Shown here: in pieces, positions 47,759 to 56,925 of the stretch
Layout of the letters: the number at the start of each line of letters is the position of its first letter
How positions within the stretch are numbered: the first letter of the stretch is position 1
Sequence record: SRR31156797_6344
Length of the DNA: 64,000 nt
Strand: one strand, 5' to 3'
Notes under the pieces: model-generated
Seen by the model: only the letters and a program-made list of their open reading frames with translations
The model's database searches: none
What the model was told of the DNA's origin: nothing
Position numbers and translations under genes: made by a program

Positions 47759-48196
47759 GTGAGAGTGTTAGTCGTTTGTACAGCCAACATATGTCGTTCG
47801 CCATATGGGGAGTTTAAGCTAAGGCAGTTACTTCCAGATTTTACAATCAGCTCTGCGGGTTTAGATACGGATAGAAATCGTCTGGTTGGTAAGGCCGCTG
47901 ATTCAGTCGCGGTAAGGGTTGCCGCTGAATCTCTAGTTGACCTAAAAAGTCACCGGGCTAGGCAGTTAACTGACGATATGGTTGATCAAAATGATGTTAT
48001 TTTGGTCATGGAAAAGAAGCATATGGATACAATATGCGATTATTTTCCGGCATTACGTCATAAAGTTTTCCTATTTTCTTTCCCTATTGATAACTCAGAC
48101 ATAGAAGATCCCTATAAAAAAGGAGAGCTATCATTTCGTTTGGCTTTTAATTTTATAGATGATGCCGCTGAAGGCTGGATGATGAAGTTGCGATAG
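47759..48196 (+). CDS. wzb: Low-molecular-weight protein-tyrosine phosphatase
   Basis: VCTANICRSP, SSAG, VME, DIEDPY. Confidence 0.9.
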   Translation: MRVLVVCTANICRSPYGEFKLRQLLPDFTISSAGLDTDRNRLVGKAADSVAVRVAAESLVDLKSHRARQLTDDMVDQNDVILVMEKKHMDTICDYFPALRHKVFLFSFPIDNSDIEDPYKKGELSFRLAFNFIDDAAEGWMMKLR

Positions 48197-48222
48197 GTGA
48201 ACTGACTCGTTATCGACAGATC

Positions 48223-48264
48223 ATTTATTGATATAACGCTTAACATAGCGTTATATCAATAAAT
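48223..48264. repeat. Perfect 18-bp inverted repeat with 6-nt loop
   Basis: atttattgatataacgct-taacat-agcgttatatcaataaat. Confidence 0.95.
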
Positions 48265-48297
48265 CTCCTACCACTTTAGAGTAGTTTAAAGTCTGAA

Positions 48298-48311
48298 TTG
48301 ACCTACATCAT
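48298..48311 (+). promoter_or_regulatory. FNR-like box upstream of nirB
   Basis: TTGACCTACATCAT versus TTGAT-N4-ATCAA (2 mismatches), at the expected distance from nirB. Confidence 0.6.
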
Positions 48312-48374
48312 GTAATATTTCACGCAGAAAAATAAAACTTCGCTCAGTTAAGAACCTAACCCTTAGGAATTACA

Positions 48375-50939
48375 ATGAGCAAGTTGAAGCTAGTCGTCAT
48401 CGGTAACGGAATGGTAGGCCACCGTTACATAGAAGATTTAGTCGAGAAAGCCGACATCTCTCAAATGGAGATTACGGTCTTTTGCGAAGAACCTCGTGTA
48501 GCATACGATCGTGTGCACCTTTCCTCTTACTTTTCACATCATACTGCTGATGAACTTTCATTAGTCAAAGAAGGTTTTTACCAAAAACACGGTATCAACA
48601 TTCTTCTTGGTGAGCGTGCTATTAACGTTAACCGTGAAAACCGCGTTGTGTATTCTAGCACTGGTCGTGAAATTCAATACGATAAGCTGATCCTAGCGAC
48701 TGGTTCATTCCCATTTGTTCCTCCTATTAAAGGCCATGAAAGCAAAGACTGTTTTGTTTACCGTACAATTGAAGATCTTAAAGCGATTGAAACTTGTGCC
48801 AAGAACAGCAAATCTGGTGTGGTTATTGGTGGCGGTCTGTTAGGTCTTGAAGCGGCTGGTGCTTTGAAAGCTCTAGGTGTACAAACTCACGTTGTGGAAT
48901 TTGCTCCTAAATTGATGGCTGAGCAATTGGATTTGGCTGGTGGTAATCAGTTGCGTCAGAAAATCGAACGCATGGGCGTGAATGTTCATACCAGCAAAAA
49001 TACGCTTGAGATTGCGCCAGAAGGTATAACTGCTCGTAACGTAATGCGTTTCGCTGATGGCTCCGAGTTAGAAACCGACTTTGTGGTATTTTCTGCCGGT
49101 ATTCGTCCGCAAGATAAACTTGCTCGCCAAATGACTCTGGATATCGCGCCTCGAGGCGGTGTGGCGATTAATGATCATTGCCAAACGTCAGATGAAAATA
49201 TCTACGCCATCGGTGAATGTGCATCTTGGAATGAAATGTTCTTCGGTTTGGTTGCGCCCGGTTATAAAATGGCGACTGTTGCGGTTGATCATCTTTTGGG
49301 TAATACAGAAAGTAAATTTGAAGGTGCAGACATGTCTGCAAAACTCAAGTTACTTGGTGTGAAAGTAGGTTCAATTGGTGATGCGAATGGCCGCACAGAA
49401 GGTTGTAAGAGCTACGTTTACCAAAACGAAGAGCAAGAAGTTTACAAACGCCTGATTGTGTCGAATGACAACAAGAAGCTGCTTGGAGCCGTGATGGTTG
49501 GCGATACGTCTGATTACGGCGATCTCCTTCAGTTAATGCTCAATGAAATTGACCTGCCTGAGTATCCAGATGCGCTAATTTTGCCAGCTCATGCCGGTGC
49601 AGAAAAGCCAACTCTGGGGGCGGACGCTCTGCCAGAAAGCGCTGTTATCTGTTCGTGTTTTGATGTTACCAAAGGCAAGATTGCACAAGCTGTCACTGAT
49701 GGTCATCATACACTGGCGGATATCAAAGCTGTCACTGGCGCGGGTACTGGCTGTGGTGGTTGTATCCCTCTGGTGACTTCAGTTCTGAATGCCGAGCTTG
49801 CGAAATCGGGTATCGAAGTGAAAAGCGACGTGTGTGAACACTTTGCCTATTCACGTCAGGAGTTATTCCACCTGATCCGTATTGAAGAGATCAAAACCTT
49901 TGATGAATTGCTAGAAAAATACGGTAAAGGCTATGGTTGCGAAGTGTGTAAACCACTAGCAGGTTCTATATTAGCATCATGTTGGGGTGAACACATTCTG
50001 AAACCTCAGTTAGTAAAACTGCATGACACTAATGACAACTTCCTGGGTAACATTCAGAAAGATGGTACTTACTCCGTTATTCCGCGTATGGCGGGTGGTG
50101 AAGTAACACCGCAGGCGTTAGGCGCTCTTGCGGCGGTAGCGGAAGAATATAAGCTATACACCAAAGTGACCGGTGCGCAACGTATTGGTCTGTTTGGTGC
50201 GCAAAAAGATGACCTACCTGAAATCTGGCGCAAGCTGATTGATGCTGGTTTTGAAACAGGTCAAGCGTACGCCAAAGCACTTCGCATGGCGAAGACTTGT
50301 GTGGGTTCTACTTGGTGTCGCTACGGTGTTCAAGACTCAGTCGGTTTAGGTTCAATGATCGAAAACCGCTACAAAGGCATTCGTACTCCTCACAAGATGA
50401 AGTTTGGTGTATCTGGCTGTACCCGTGAATGTGCAGAAGCTCAGGGTAAAGACTTAGGCATCATCGCAACAGATGCTGGCTGGAACATGTACGTGTGTGG
50501 TAATGGTGGTATGAAACCTCGCCATGCTGACCTGTTGGCAAGCGACCTTGATAAACAAACCCTCACCAAATACATCGACCGTTTCATGATGTTCTACATC
50601 CGTACGGCTGCGCCACTCCAACGCACTTCAGTATGGTTAGAAAACATGGAAGGTGGCGTTGATTATCTGCGCCAGGTGATTGTTGATGACAAGCTCGGTA
50701 TTAACGCTCAACTAGAAGCTGACGCCGCGAAGTTAGTGGATGAGTATGAGTGTGAATGGACAGCGACTATCAACGATGAATCACAGCTGACTCGTTTTGC
50801 TCACTTCATCAACTCAGACAAACGTGATGAAAACGTCGTGTTTGTGCCTGAGCGAGCGCAACACCGCCCAGCAACCTTCACGGAAAAACATCCAGAAGTG
50901 AAAGGCGACATCTTACATGTAGCGGCAACTGAAGCATAA
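48375..50939 (+). CDS. nirB: Nitrite reductase (NADH) large subunit
   Basis: GNGMVG, GGGLLGLEAA, ICSC, GTGCGGC, TCVGSTWC, SGCTRECAE. Confidence 0.98.
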   Translation: MSKLKLVVIGNGMVGHRYIEDLVEKADISQMEITVFCEEPRVAYDRVHLSSYFSHHTADELSLVKEGFYQKHGINILLGERAINVNRENRVVYSSTGREIQYDKLILATGSFPFVPPIKGHESKDCFVYRTIEDLKAIETCAKNSKSGVVIGGGLLGLEAAGALKALGVQTHVVEFAPKLMAEQLDLAGGNQLRQKIERMGVNVHTSKNTLEIAPEGITARNVMRFADGSELETDFVVFSAGIRPQDKLARQMTLDIAPRGGVAINDHCQTSDENIYAIGECASWNEMFFGLVAPGYKMATVAVDHLLGNTESKFEGADMSAKLKLLGVKVGSIGDANGRTEGCKSYVYQNEEQEVYKRLIVSNDNKKLLGAVMVGDTSDYGDLLQLMLNEIDLPEYPDALILPAHAGAEKPTLGADALPESAVICSCFDVTKGKIAQAVTDGHHTLADIKAVTGAGTGCGGCIPLVTSVLNAELAKSGIEVKSDVCEHFAYSRQELFHLIRIEEIKTFDELLEKYGKGYGCEVCKPLAGSILASCWGEHILKPQLVKLHDTNDNFLGNIQKDGTYSVIPRMAGGEVTPQALGALAAVAEEYKLYTKVTGAQRIGLFGAQKDDLPEIWRKLIDAGFETGQAYAKALRMAKTCVGSTWCRYGVQDSVGLGSMIENRYKGIRTPHKMKFGVSGCTRECAEAQGKDLGIIATDAGWNMYVCGNGGMKPRHADLLASDLDKQTLTKYIDRFMMFYIRTAAPLQRTSVWLENMEGGVDYLRQVIVDDKLGINAQLEADAAKLVDEYECEWTATINDESQLTRFAHFINSDKRDENVVFVPERAQHRPATFTEKHPEVKGDILHVAATEA

Positions 50940-50952
50940 GGGAAGATTGGAT

Positions 50953-51276
50953 ATGTCATTTGAAAAAATTTGCCAAATCAGCGACATCATTCCGGGTACA
51001 GGCGTTTGTGCGCTGGTGAACGGTGAGCAAGTTGCGGTGTTTCGCCCTACTGATGCTGAAGAAGTGTTTGCTATCAGTAATACCGACCCGTTTTACCAAT
51101 CGAACGTGTTGTCTCGCGGTTTGATTTGTCAGCACAAAGGTGAACTTTGGGTTGCAAGCCCACTGAAGAAACAGCGCTTCAACTTGGCGACGGGGATGTG
51201 CATGGAAGACGAAAAGTTTAGCGTGAAGTCTTACCAAGCACGAGTCACCAAGGGCGAAGTTGAAATCGCAGTTTAA
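50953..51276 (+). CDS. nirD: Nitrite reductase small subunit
   Basis: PGTGVCAL, NVLSRGL, VASPLKKQRF; follows nirB. Confidence 0.96.
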   Translation: MSFEKICQISDIIPGTGVCALVNGEQVAVFRPTDAEEVFAISNTDPFYQSNVLSRGLICQHKGELWVASPLKKQRFNLATGMCMEDEKFSVKSYQARVTKGEVEIAV

Positions 51277-51410
51277 CTGATTGATGCCCCTCTCTATGGG
51301 AGGGGCAGATTCAATAGGCAAAGGCTTTATTCGAGAACCCGTTTGAAAGCCTTTCTCTATTTAATCTTCCGTTTTACACATTTTTTATTTTTACATTTTA
51401 GGAGATCCCC

Positions 51411-52256
51411 ATGTCTGCATTAAAACCTGTAGAGTTTGTCCAAACCATGATCGACATTGGTGAGGCAAAAGTAAAAACCAGCACTCGTGACCTTATTTTA
51501 CGTGGCATGATGGCAGGTGTGATTTTGTCACTAGCGGTTGTTGTCGCAATTACTACAATTGTACAAACAGGTATTGGTATTGTCGGCGCGCTTGTGTTCC
51601 CTGTTGGCTTTTGTATTCTAAGCTTGATGGGTTATGACTTGGTTACTGGTGTATTTGGTATTGCGCCACTCGCTAAATTTGAAAAGCGCGTGGGGATAAC
51701 CTGGGGACGTGTCCTTCGTTGTTGGGGACTTGTTGGTTTCGGTAACCTTGTTGGTTCACTCATTGTCGCTGGTTTGATCGCACTCTCTTTAACTATGAAC
51801 TTTAGCGTAGAGCCAAATGCCGTTGGTCAAAAATTCATTGCTGTTGCAACAGCGCGTACAGTGGGTTTTGAAAACTTAGGTGCTGACGGTTGGATCACCT
51901 GTTTTGTACGCGGCATCCTATGTAACCTAATGGTGTGTCTAGGTGTCATCGGTAATATGACTGCTCGTTCTGTGGCTGGCAAAATTGCAGCAATGTGGCT
52001 TCCAATCTTCATCTTCTTCGCATTGGTATTTGAACACGCAGTCGTAAACATGTTCTTGTTCCCACTAGGCATGATGCTGGGTGCTGATTTCGGTGTTTCA
52101 ACATGGCTAAGCTTCAACTTAATTCCAACCATTCTTGGTAACATCGTAGGCGGCTTAGTGTTTACTTGTATCCCTCTATACTTAACGCACGCTAAAACAG
52201 CGCCATCATTAGGTAATGAGACTGAATTAAACACCGAAGTAGCATTAAGCAAATAA
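51411..52256 (+). CDS. nirC: Formate/nitrite transporter family channel (NirC-like)
   Basis: LVFPVG, DLVTG, GILCNLMVC, FEHAVVNM, GNIVGG. Confidence 0.88.
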   Translation: MSALKPVEFVQTMIDIGEAKVKTSTRDLILRGMMAGVILSLAVVVAITTIVQTGIGIVGALVFPVGFCILSLMGYDLVTGVFGIAPLAKFEKRVGITWGRVLRCWGLVGFGNLVGSLIVAGLIALSLTMNFSVEPNAVGQKFIAVATARTVGFENLGADGWITCFVRGILCNLMVCLGVIGNMTARSVAGKIAAMWLPIFIFFALVFEHAVVNMFLFPLGMMLGADFGVSTWLSFNLIPTILGNIVGGLVFTCIPLYLTHAKTAPSLGNETELNTEVALSK

Positions 52257-52263
52257 TCTATTC

Positions 52264-52291
52264 AGGCTCCATCATGCAAGTGATGGAGCCT
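52264..52291 (+). terminator. Hairpin after nirC
   Basis: aggctccatca-N6-tgatggagcct; weak U-tract. Confidence 0.5.
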
Positions 52292-52387
52292 TCTGATAGC
52301 AGGTTAATTTTGGCTATTAAAAGCAGTTACTTGAATAACTAACGAGTACTGCTCTTTATATCCAAGTTTAAATTGACGGGCGTTAAT

Positions 52388-53152
52388 ATGAATACTGACT
52401 CTGCTCCAAAAACTGCCGGCTTTGTCTCTCTTGTTGGGGCGGGGCCGGGTGATCCAGACTTGCTGACTGTAAAAGGATATCGTGTTATTGAGCAGGCAGA
52501 AGTCGTGGTTTATGACCGTTTAGTATCAGAGCAAATCCTAGCTTTAGCGAATGCCAATGCAGAGCGGATTTACGTTGGGAAAAAACTCGACTTCCACTGT
52601 GTTCCTCAAGATCAAATTAACCAAATTTTGGTGCAGAAAGCGCATGAAGGTAAGCGTGTTGTGCGTCTAAAAGGCGGTGACTCCTTTATCTTTGGCCGTG
52701 GTGGTGAAGAGTTAGAAGAGTTGGCCGAATATGGTATTGCTTATGAGGTTGTTCCGGGCATTACTGCTGCGGCTGGCGCAACGGCGTATGCAGGCATTCC
52801 GCTCACTCACAGAGACCATGCGCAAAGTGTGCAGTTTATTACGGGGCATGTGCAAAAAGATGGCCGTGAAATTGAATGGCAATCTCTGGCGCAATCAAAT
52901 AACACACTCGTGTTCTACATGGGCTTAAAACAAAGCGGTCACATCATGGACAACCTGATTGCTCACGGTTTAGATCCCCAGATCTCGTGTGCAATTATTG
53001 AAAATGGCACGCGACCGGAGCAGCGTGTATTTCAAGGTCAGTTAAATGAACTCTCTAGATTGGCCGAGTTGGCTCAAAGTCCGGCATTAATTATTGTCGG
53101 TAGTGTTACTGAGCTACACAGTAAACTTAAATGGTTTGGTGTGGACAGTTGA
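52388..53152 (+). CDS. cobA: Uroporphyrinogen-III C-methyltransferase (CysG methyltransferase module)
   Basis: [37 protein letters not shown]. Confidence 0.95.
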   Translation: MNTDSAPKTAGFVSLVGAGPGDPDLLTVKGYRVIEQAEVVVYDRLVSEQILALANANAERIYVGKKLDFHCVPQDQINQILVQKAHEGKRVVRLKGGDSFIFGRGGEELEELAEYGIAYEVVPGITAAAGATAYAGIPLTHRDHAQSVQFITGHVQKDGREIEWQSLAQSNNTLVFYMGLKQSGHIMDNLIAHGLDPQISCAIIENGTRPEQRVFQGQLNELSRLAELAQSPALIIVGSVTELHSKLKWFGVDS

Positions 53153-53376
53153 TAGTTTCATTAGTGAGACTCCAGTTTCAACGCGGAGCTAATCCTGGAT
53201 AAAACGTTAAGTTACTTACCACACCGCTAAGAAAAATGTCGGCGGCTCAAAAGAGAGACGGTTGCCACAAATTTACACATAATAAATGTGAACACGGTTC
53301 CATTTAGGTGTGGGTCAATTATTATTTATATTGATATGGAGCGTCGTACTTTTTTCTAAAACAATATGGTCATAAG

Positions 53377-53799
53377 ATGAACAGATGGATAGGTTCTTCG
53401 ATAGTCTCGTTATTGACTGTCTTAATTATTGGTTGTGGTGAAAAAGAGAAATATATAGATGTGGCTGAAACACTTCGGCCTCAAAATATAAACTCATTCA
53501 CTAAAGATAATCCTCCTAGTGGTGGAATTATCAATGAACTGACACTCACTAAGTTAAAAATGGCTCAAATGCGATCCGTAGATGAAACTACGGACAAATC
53601 CATCGCCAAAATTAAACAAACTTTTGTAGATTTTAACTATGTTGTTCTGGAGTTCGAGAGACGCAAAAAATCAGAAGGCGGCTCGCTGGATGCGAACGAC
53701 GCTTTGCTCGATCAAATCACATATGATCGGTGCGGTATGTCGCACCATGAACTTACCGCCGCCGTAAATAAAGCAGTTCAAAAGTTAGATAATATATAG
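53377..53799 (+). CDS. Hypothetical lipoprotein
   Basis: Signal peptide ending in lipobox LIIGC; followed by a hairpin at about 53820-53851. Confidence 0.7.
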   Translation: MNRWIGSSIVSLLTVLIIGCGEKEKYIDVAETLRPQNINSFTKDNPPSGGIINELTLTKLKMAQMRSVDETTDKSIAKIKQTFVDFNYVVLEFERRKKSEGGSLDANDALLDQITYDRCGMSHHELTAAVNKAVQKLDNI

Positions 53800-54013
53800 C
53801 TTATTACGGGGTGGATCCTCCGGTTATTGTTCTCTCACTAACAATAGCCGGCGTTATAGCCGTATTTGTTGTTTTAAGCTTCCGATTCTCTGTTCAGCAC
53901 CCCTTCTTTACCTCTCTTTCGAGCTTCTCATCTTGCCAATGGTGAAGAGTACTCAGTTTCCTTGCTATTTATAGGTGACATTTTCAGGCATATGTATAAT
54001 TCTCACTAAGTTT

Positions 54014-54030
54014 AACTTGTATTACAAGTT
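54014..54030. promoter_or_regulatory. FadR/GntR-type operator palindrome
   Basis: AACTTGTA-T-TACAAGTT perfect dyad; related copies at 54190, 56361 and 56532. Confidence 0.75.
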
Positions 54031-54064
54031 GTGTTTTAAGGGTTGTGAGTGAGTGGTTTAAGAT

Positions 54065-54080
54065 TGTGATACAGCTCATG
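54065..54080. promoter_or_regulatory. CRP-like site
   Basis: TGTGA-N6-TCATG; positional equivalent at 56410-56425. Confidence 0.55.
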
Positions 54081-54189
54081 TGTAACAGGTTAATACTTTT
54101 ATATGCTTTAATATCTATCTAAATTGGGATTTAGTCGTCATTTATAGTACTTTTTATCTGTTAAATTTAATTTGATTTAAAGATATAAG

Positions 54190-54203
54190 ATGTATGACAA
54201 GTT
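54190..54203. promoter_or_regulatory. Second FadR/GntR-type operator upstream of the enolase-family gene
   Basis: ATGTATGACAAGTT. Confidence 0.6.
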
Positions 54204-54390
54204 GTAGCTCTCCGGGTTTTTTGCTTGGTTTGATGACTTTCATCATTTTAGTCATCGGGAAGTGTTCAAATGAGAATGTATATGCGTCCGAGGCAGAGCG
54301 AACTCATCAGTGATGATGGAACCAAAACGCAGTAACGCATACGACCAACGAAGAACAATAAATTAATATCGATAACTGATGAGGTAGTTC

Positions 54391-55527
54391 ATGTTTCGCT
54401 ACGATTTCAACGAAAAATTATCCTTTAGCAAAGCCATCTATTACGAGTTTGATCCGATAGCCTTACCTCGTGTTTTTCAAGATGGGACGGGTGGCCTTGG
54501 TCAGTTCGCTCCGGAAAGAGGGTGTATAGAACTTTACGATAACGAAGGTTTCGTAGCGCATTACTTAGCAATTGATAAGACTTTTGTGAATACCATCCTT
54601 CCCCTCATTCTGACTGGTGAGACTCGCTCGTTTAACGAATGGCGCGAGTTTTTGTATTGGAAAGTCAGAAACAATGGTAGTCAAAGTGAGAAAGCGGTTT
54701 GCTTAGGAAAAATGGATACATTAATGTTGGATCTGTTATCTCAGCGTAAGAACATGCCACTGCATCGCTTTTTGGGAGCAACCAAAGACTGGGCTAAAGC
54801 TTATAAAGGCGGCGGTTCAATACTGTTGGAAGATTCTGAGCTAGTTGATGACATGCAGCGTTATGTCGACGAAGGTTATACAACAGTTAAATTTAAAGTG
54901 GGTAGCGCTGAAATGGAGCGTGACTTACGCCGTATCGATAAAGTGCGTACTGCACTTGGTCCTGATATTGAAATCGCTGTTGATGCCAATCAAAAGTGGG
55001 ATGTGGCAACGGCGGCTAAATTTGCTGAACTTACGGAATCATTTAACCTAGCGTGGTTTGAAGAACCGATACACGCCAATGACATGAATGGCATCCGTGA
55101 ACTGAAAGAGAAGGGCTTCAAGGTTCCAATCGCTTTTGGTGAATCAATGCGTATTAGCTATGAGTTTGAAATTTATGCTGAAAAAGGTGTGGATGTACTC
55201 CAGCCTTCCGTGGGTCGCATGACTCGAATTGACGATCTCATTGCTATCCGCGATCTTGCCCGTAAAAAAGGAATACGTTTCATGTCTGGTGGTCGCGTCT
55301 ACCTATGCGCGCTGTTCGGCACCTTGTTCAATGAGGATGAGTTAGTTGAATTCCACGAACCTATCAGCGGACCTGTGAGCGAATATGCTCTTAACATTCC
55401 GGAAGAGCGTAACGGACGGTTCTATTTGCCTGCGGATATGCCCGGAAATCCGCAACGATTGAACCTGGAAAAACTCGAAAGGGACGGGTTGCTGAAATCT
55501 AAAAACTATTTTTATACCAAGAAATAG
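54391..55527 (+). CDS. Mandelate racemase/muconate lactonizing (enolase superfamily) enzyme
   Basis: PLHRFLG, KFKVG, VDANQ, WFEEP, FGES metal-ligand motifs; RBS GAGG. Confidence 0.9.
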   Translation: MFRYDFNEKLSFSKAIYYEFDPIALPRVFQDGTGGLGQFAPERGCIELYDNEGFVAHYLAIDKTFVNTILPLILTGETRSFNEWREFLYWKVRNNGSQSEKAVCLGKMDTLMLDLLSQRKNMPLHRFLGATKDWAKAYKGGGSILLEDSELVDDMQRYVDEGYTTVKFKVGSAEMERDLRRIDKVRTALGPDIEIAVDANQKWDVATAAKFAELTESFNLAWFEEPIHANDMNGIRELKEKGFKVPIAFGESMRISYEFEIYAEKGVDVLQPSVGRMTRIDDLIAIRDLARKKGIRFMSGGRVYLCALFGTLFNEDELVEFHEPISGPVSEYALNIPEERNGRFYLPADMPGNPQRLNLEKLERDGLLKSKNYFYTKK

Positions 55528-55548
55528 AATGAGTTTAAGTTGATTGAT

Positions 55549-55584
55549 AAAGAAAACGGTCGGGGAGCCCGACCGTTTTCTTTT
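55549..55584. terminator. Bidirectional intrinsic terminator
   Basis: aaagaaaacggtcggg-gag-cccgaccgttttcttt between convergent genes. Confidence 0.85.
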
Positions 55585-55642
55585 ATTACACCGTTTGATA
55601 AGTATGCTTACTGCTTAACTTAGTGTTAAAAGCTAAATTGAG

Positions 55643-56335
55643 TTAGTGTTTAATTCGTGCAGTCATACGTTCACGTGTATCTGATAAGTGTAACCGCATC
55701 GCCGCGCGCGCAGCATCTGGGTCTCCTTTCTCTATTGCATGACAAATTTGCTCGTGCTCTTTTAAAGCTTGAATTTTGCGAGTAATTGGCGCTATAGCTG
55801 TACTTTGTTTATGGCTAGCTAAGCTATTGTCGATATATTTAAGCAGCCCTAAATAGTGCGGGTTACCTGATGCAATCGCAATGGCGTAGTGAAAATCATG
55901 GTCAGCTTGTTGTGAGATTTTGCCTTCATTCATTAGGCTTTCCATTTCATTAATGGCTGTCTTAATGCGTTCCAGATCTTTTTCTGTCCGGTTCTTCGCA
56001 GCCATTAATGCCGTTTCTGCTTCTATAGCAATACGTAAATCCAAAATATAGCCAAGTTCGTCAGCGGCAGAAGCGCCGGAATGTTTTAGTTGAAAAACAT
56101 CTTGCGAAGGTTTACCCAGAACGAATGCGCCTTTACCTTGCCTTGTTTCAATTAAGTTGCTGGCTCGTAAGTTAGCAATAGCTTCACGAATAACGGTTCG
56201 GCTTACACCAAACTGCTCAATAAGTTCGTGCTCTGTCGGAAGCTTGTCTCCAGCTTGGTACTTTCCTTTATCAATATCGTTGATTATTTCCTGAACAACC
56301 TGAGTTGATAATCGTCCGCTGCGTTTCACTGTCAT
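55643..56335 (-). CDS. FadR/GntR family transcriptional regulator
   Basis: GDKLPTEHEL..FGVSRTVIREA wHTH; DHDFH, SGNP, EHEQI, MRLHL (FCD domain). Confidence 0.95.
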   Translation of the reverse strand: MTVKRSGRLSTQVVQEIINDIDKGKYQAGDKLPTEHELIEQFGVSRTVIREAIANLRASNLIETRQGKGAFVLGKPSQDVFQLKHSGASAADELGYILDLRIAIEAETALMAAKNRTEKDLERIKTAINEMESLMNEGKISQQADHDFHYAIAIASGNPHYLGLLKYIDNSLASHKQSTAIAPITRKIQALKEHEQICHAIEKGDPDAARAAMRLHLSDTRERMTARIKH

Positions 56336-56360
56336 TTTGATATCTCCGTTGTTCTATTAT

Positions 56361-56372
56361 TTGTATTACAAG
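56361..56372. promoter_or_regulatory. FadR/GntR-type operator (autoregulatory position)
   Basis: TTGTATTACAAG, 25 nt upstream of the regulator start. Confidence 0.7.
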
Positions 56373-56409
56373 TCGGTGTTTTATGTCAACTTATGAGTTG
56401 TATAAAAAT

Positions 56410-56425
56410 TGTGATACACATCAAG
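56410..56425. promoter_or_regulatory. CRP-like site
   Basis: TGTGA-N6-TCAAG. Confidence 0.55.
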
Positions 56426-56531
56426 AGTATTTATTTTACTAATCAAATAAATGCCAAGCCTTGCTGTTTTTAGATTTGGTCGTCATTTATTGAGGATTTT
56501 ATCTGCTAAATTTATCTCATGATTTAGGGGT

Positions 56532-56548
56532 AACATGTATTACAAGTT
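56532..56548. promoter_or_regulatory. FadR/GntR-type operator upstream of the ABC operon
   Basis: AACATGTATTACAAGTT. Confidence 0.7.
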
Positions 56549-56925
56549 GTGAATGTATGAATATTACAAAGGTTAAAAGTAACGTTTTTCACTACTTAGT
56601 AGAGCTCTCAGGTATATGTCGTGAGCTCTCGCATCGTAAACCTATTGGCGGTATAGCAAATCTAAAAGTTTGCGCTGCTATTGATAACAGTCAGTGCTGT
56701 AAGCGTGGGCGCCTACACCCACGCTTTAGTTACGACCAGGTTCCAGCTTATTTAAACAGTCAAACTTATCTGATGGGTGAGGGTGGTTTTGTTCAATAGT
56801 CCCAAGAACACGGTTTAGGTGGGGTGAATAACTCTACTTATACGGAAGAAAACATAACGGACGAATTCTAATAATAAACAACAAGTTAAATATAAAAAAT
56901 TAATCCATAAAATGGAGTAACATGA

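Noticed and set aside
48269-48284. NarP/NarL 7-2-7 site TACCACTTTAGAGTAG upstream of the FNR box
   Set aside because: The position is appropriate but the right half-site fits poorly; plausible but not supportable.
52388-53152. Apparently truncated cysG
   Set aside because: A stand-alone methyltransferase module after nirBDC is an ordinary arrangement; the ORF is intact.
56557-56799. 80-aa ORF upstream of the ABC operon
   Set aside because: Starts immediately after the operator with no RBS and has no recognisable motif; treated as leader sequence.
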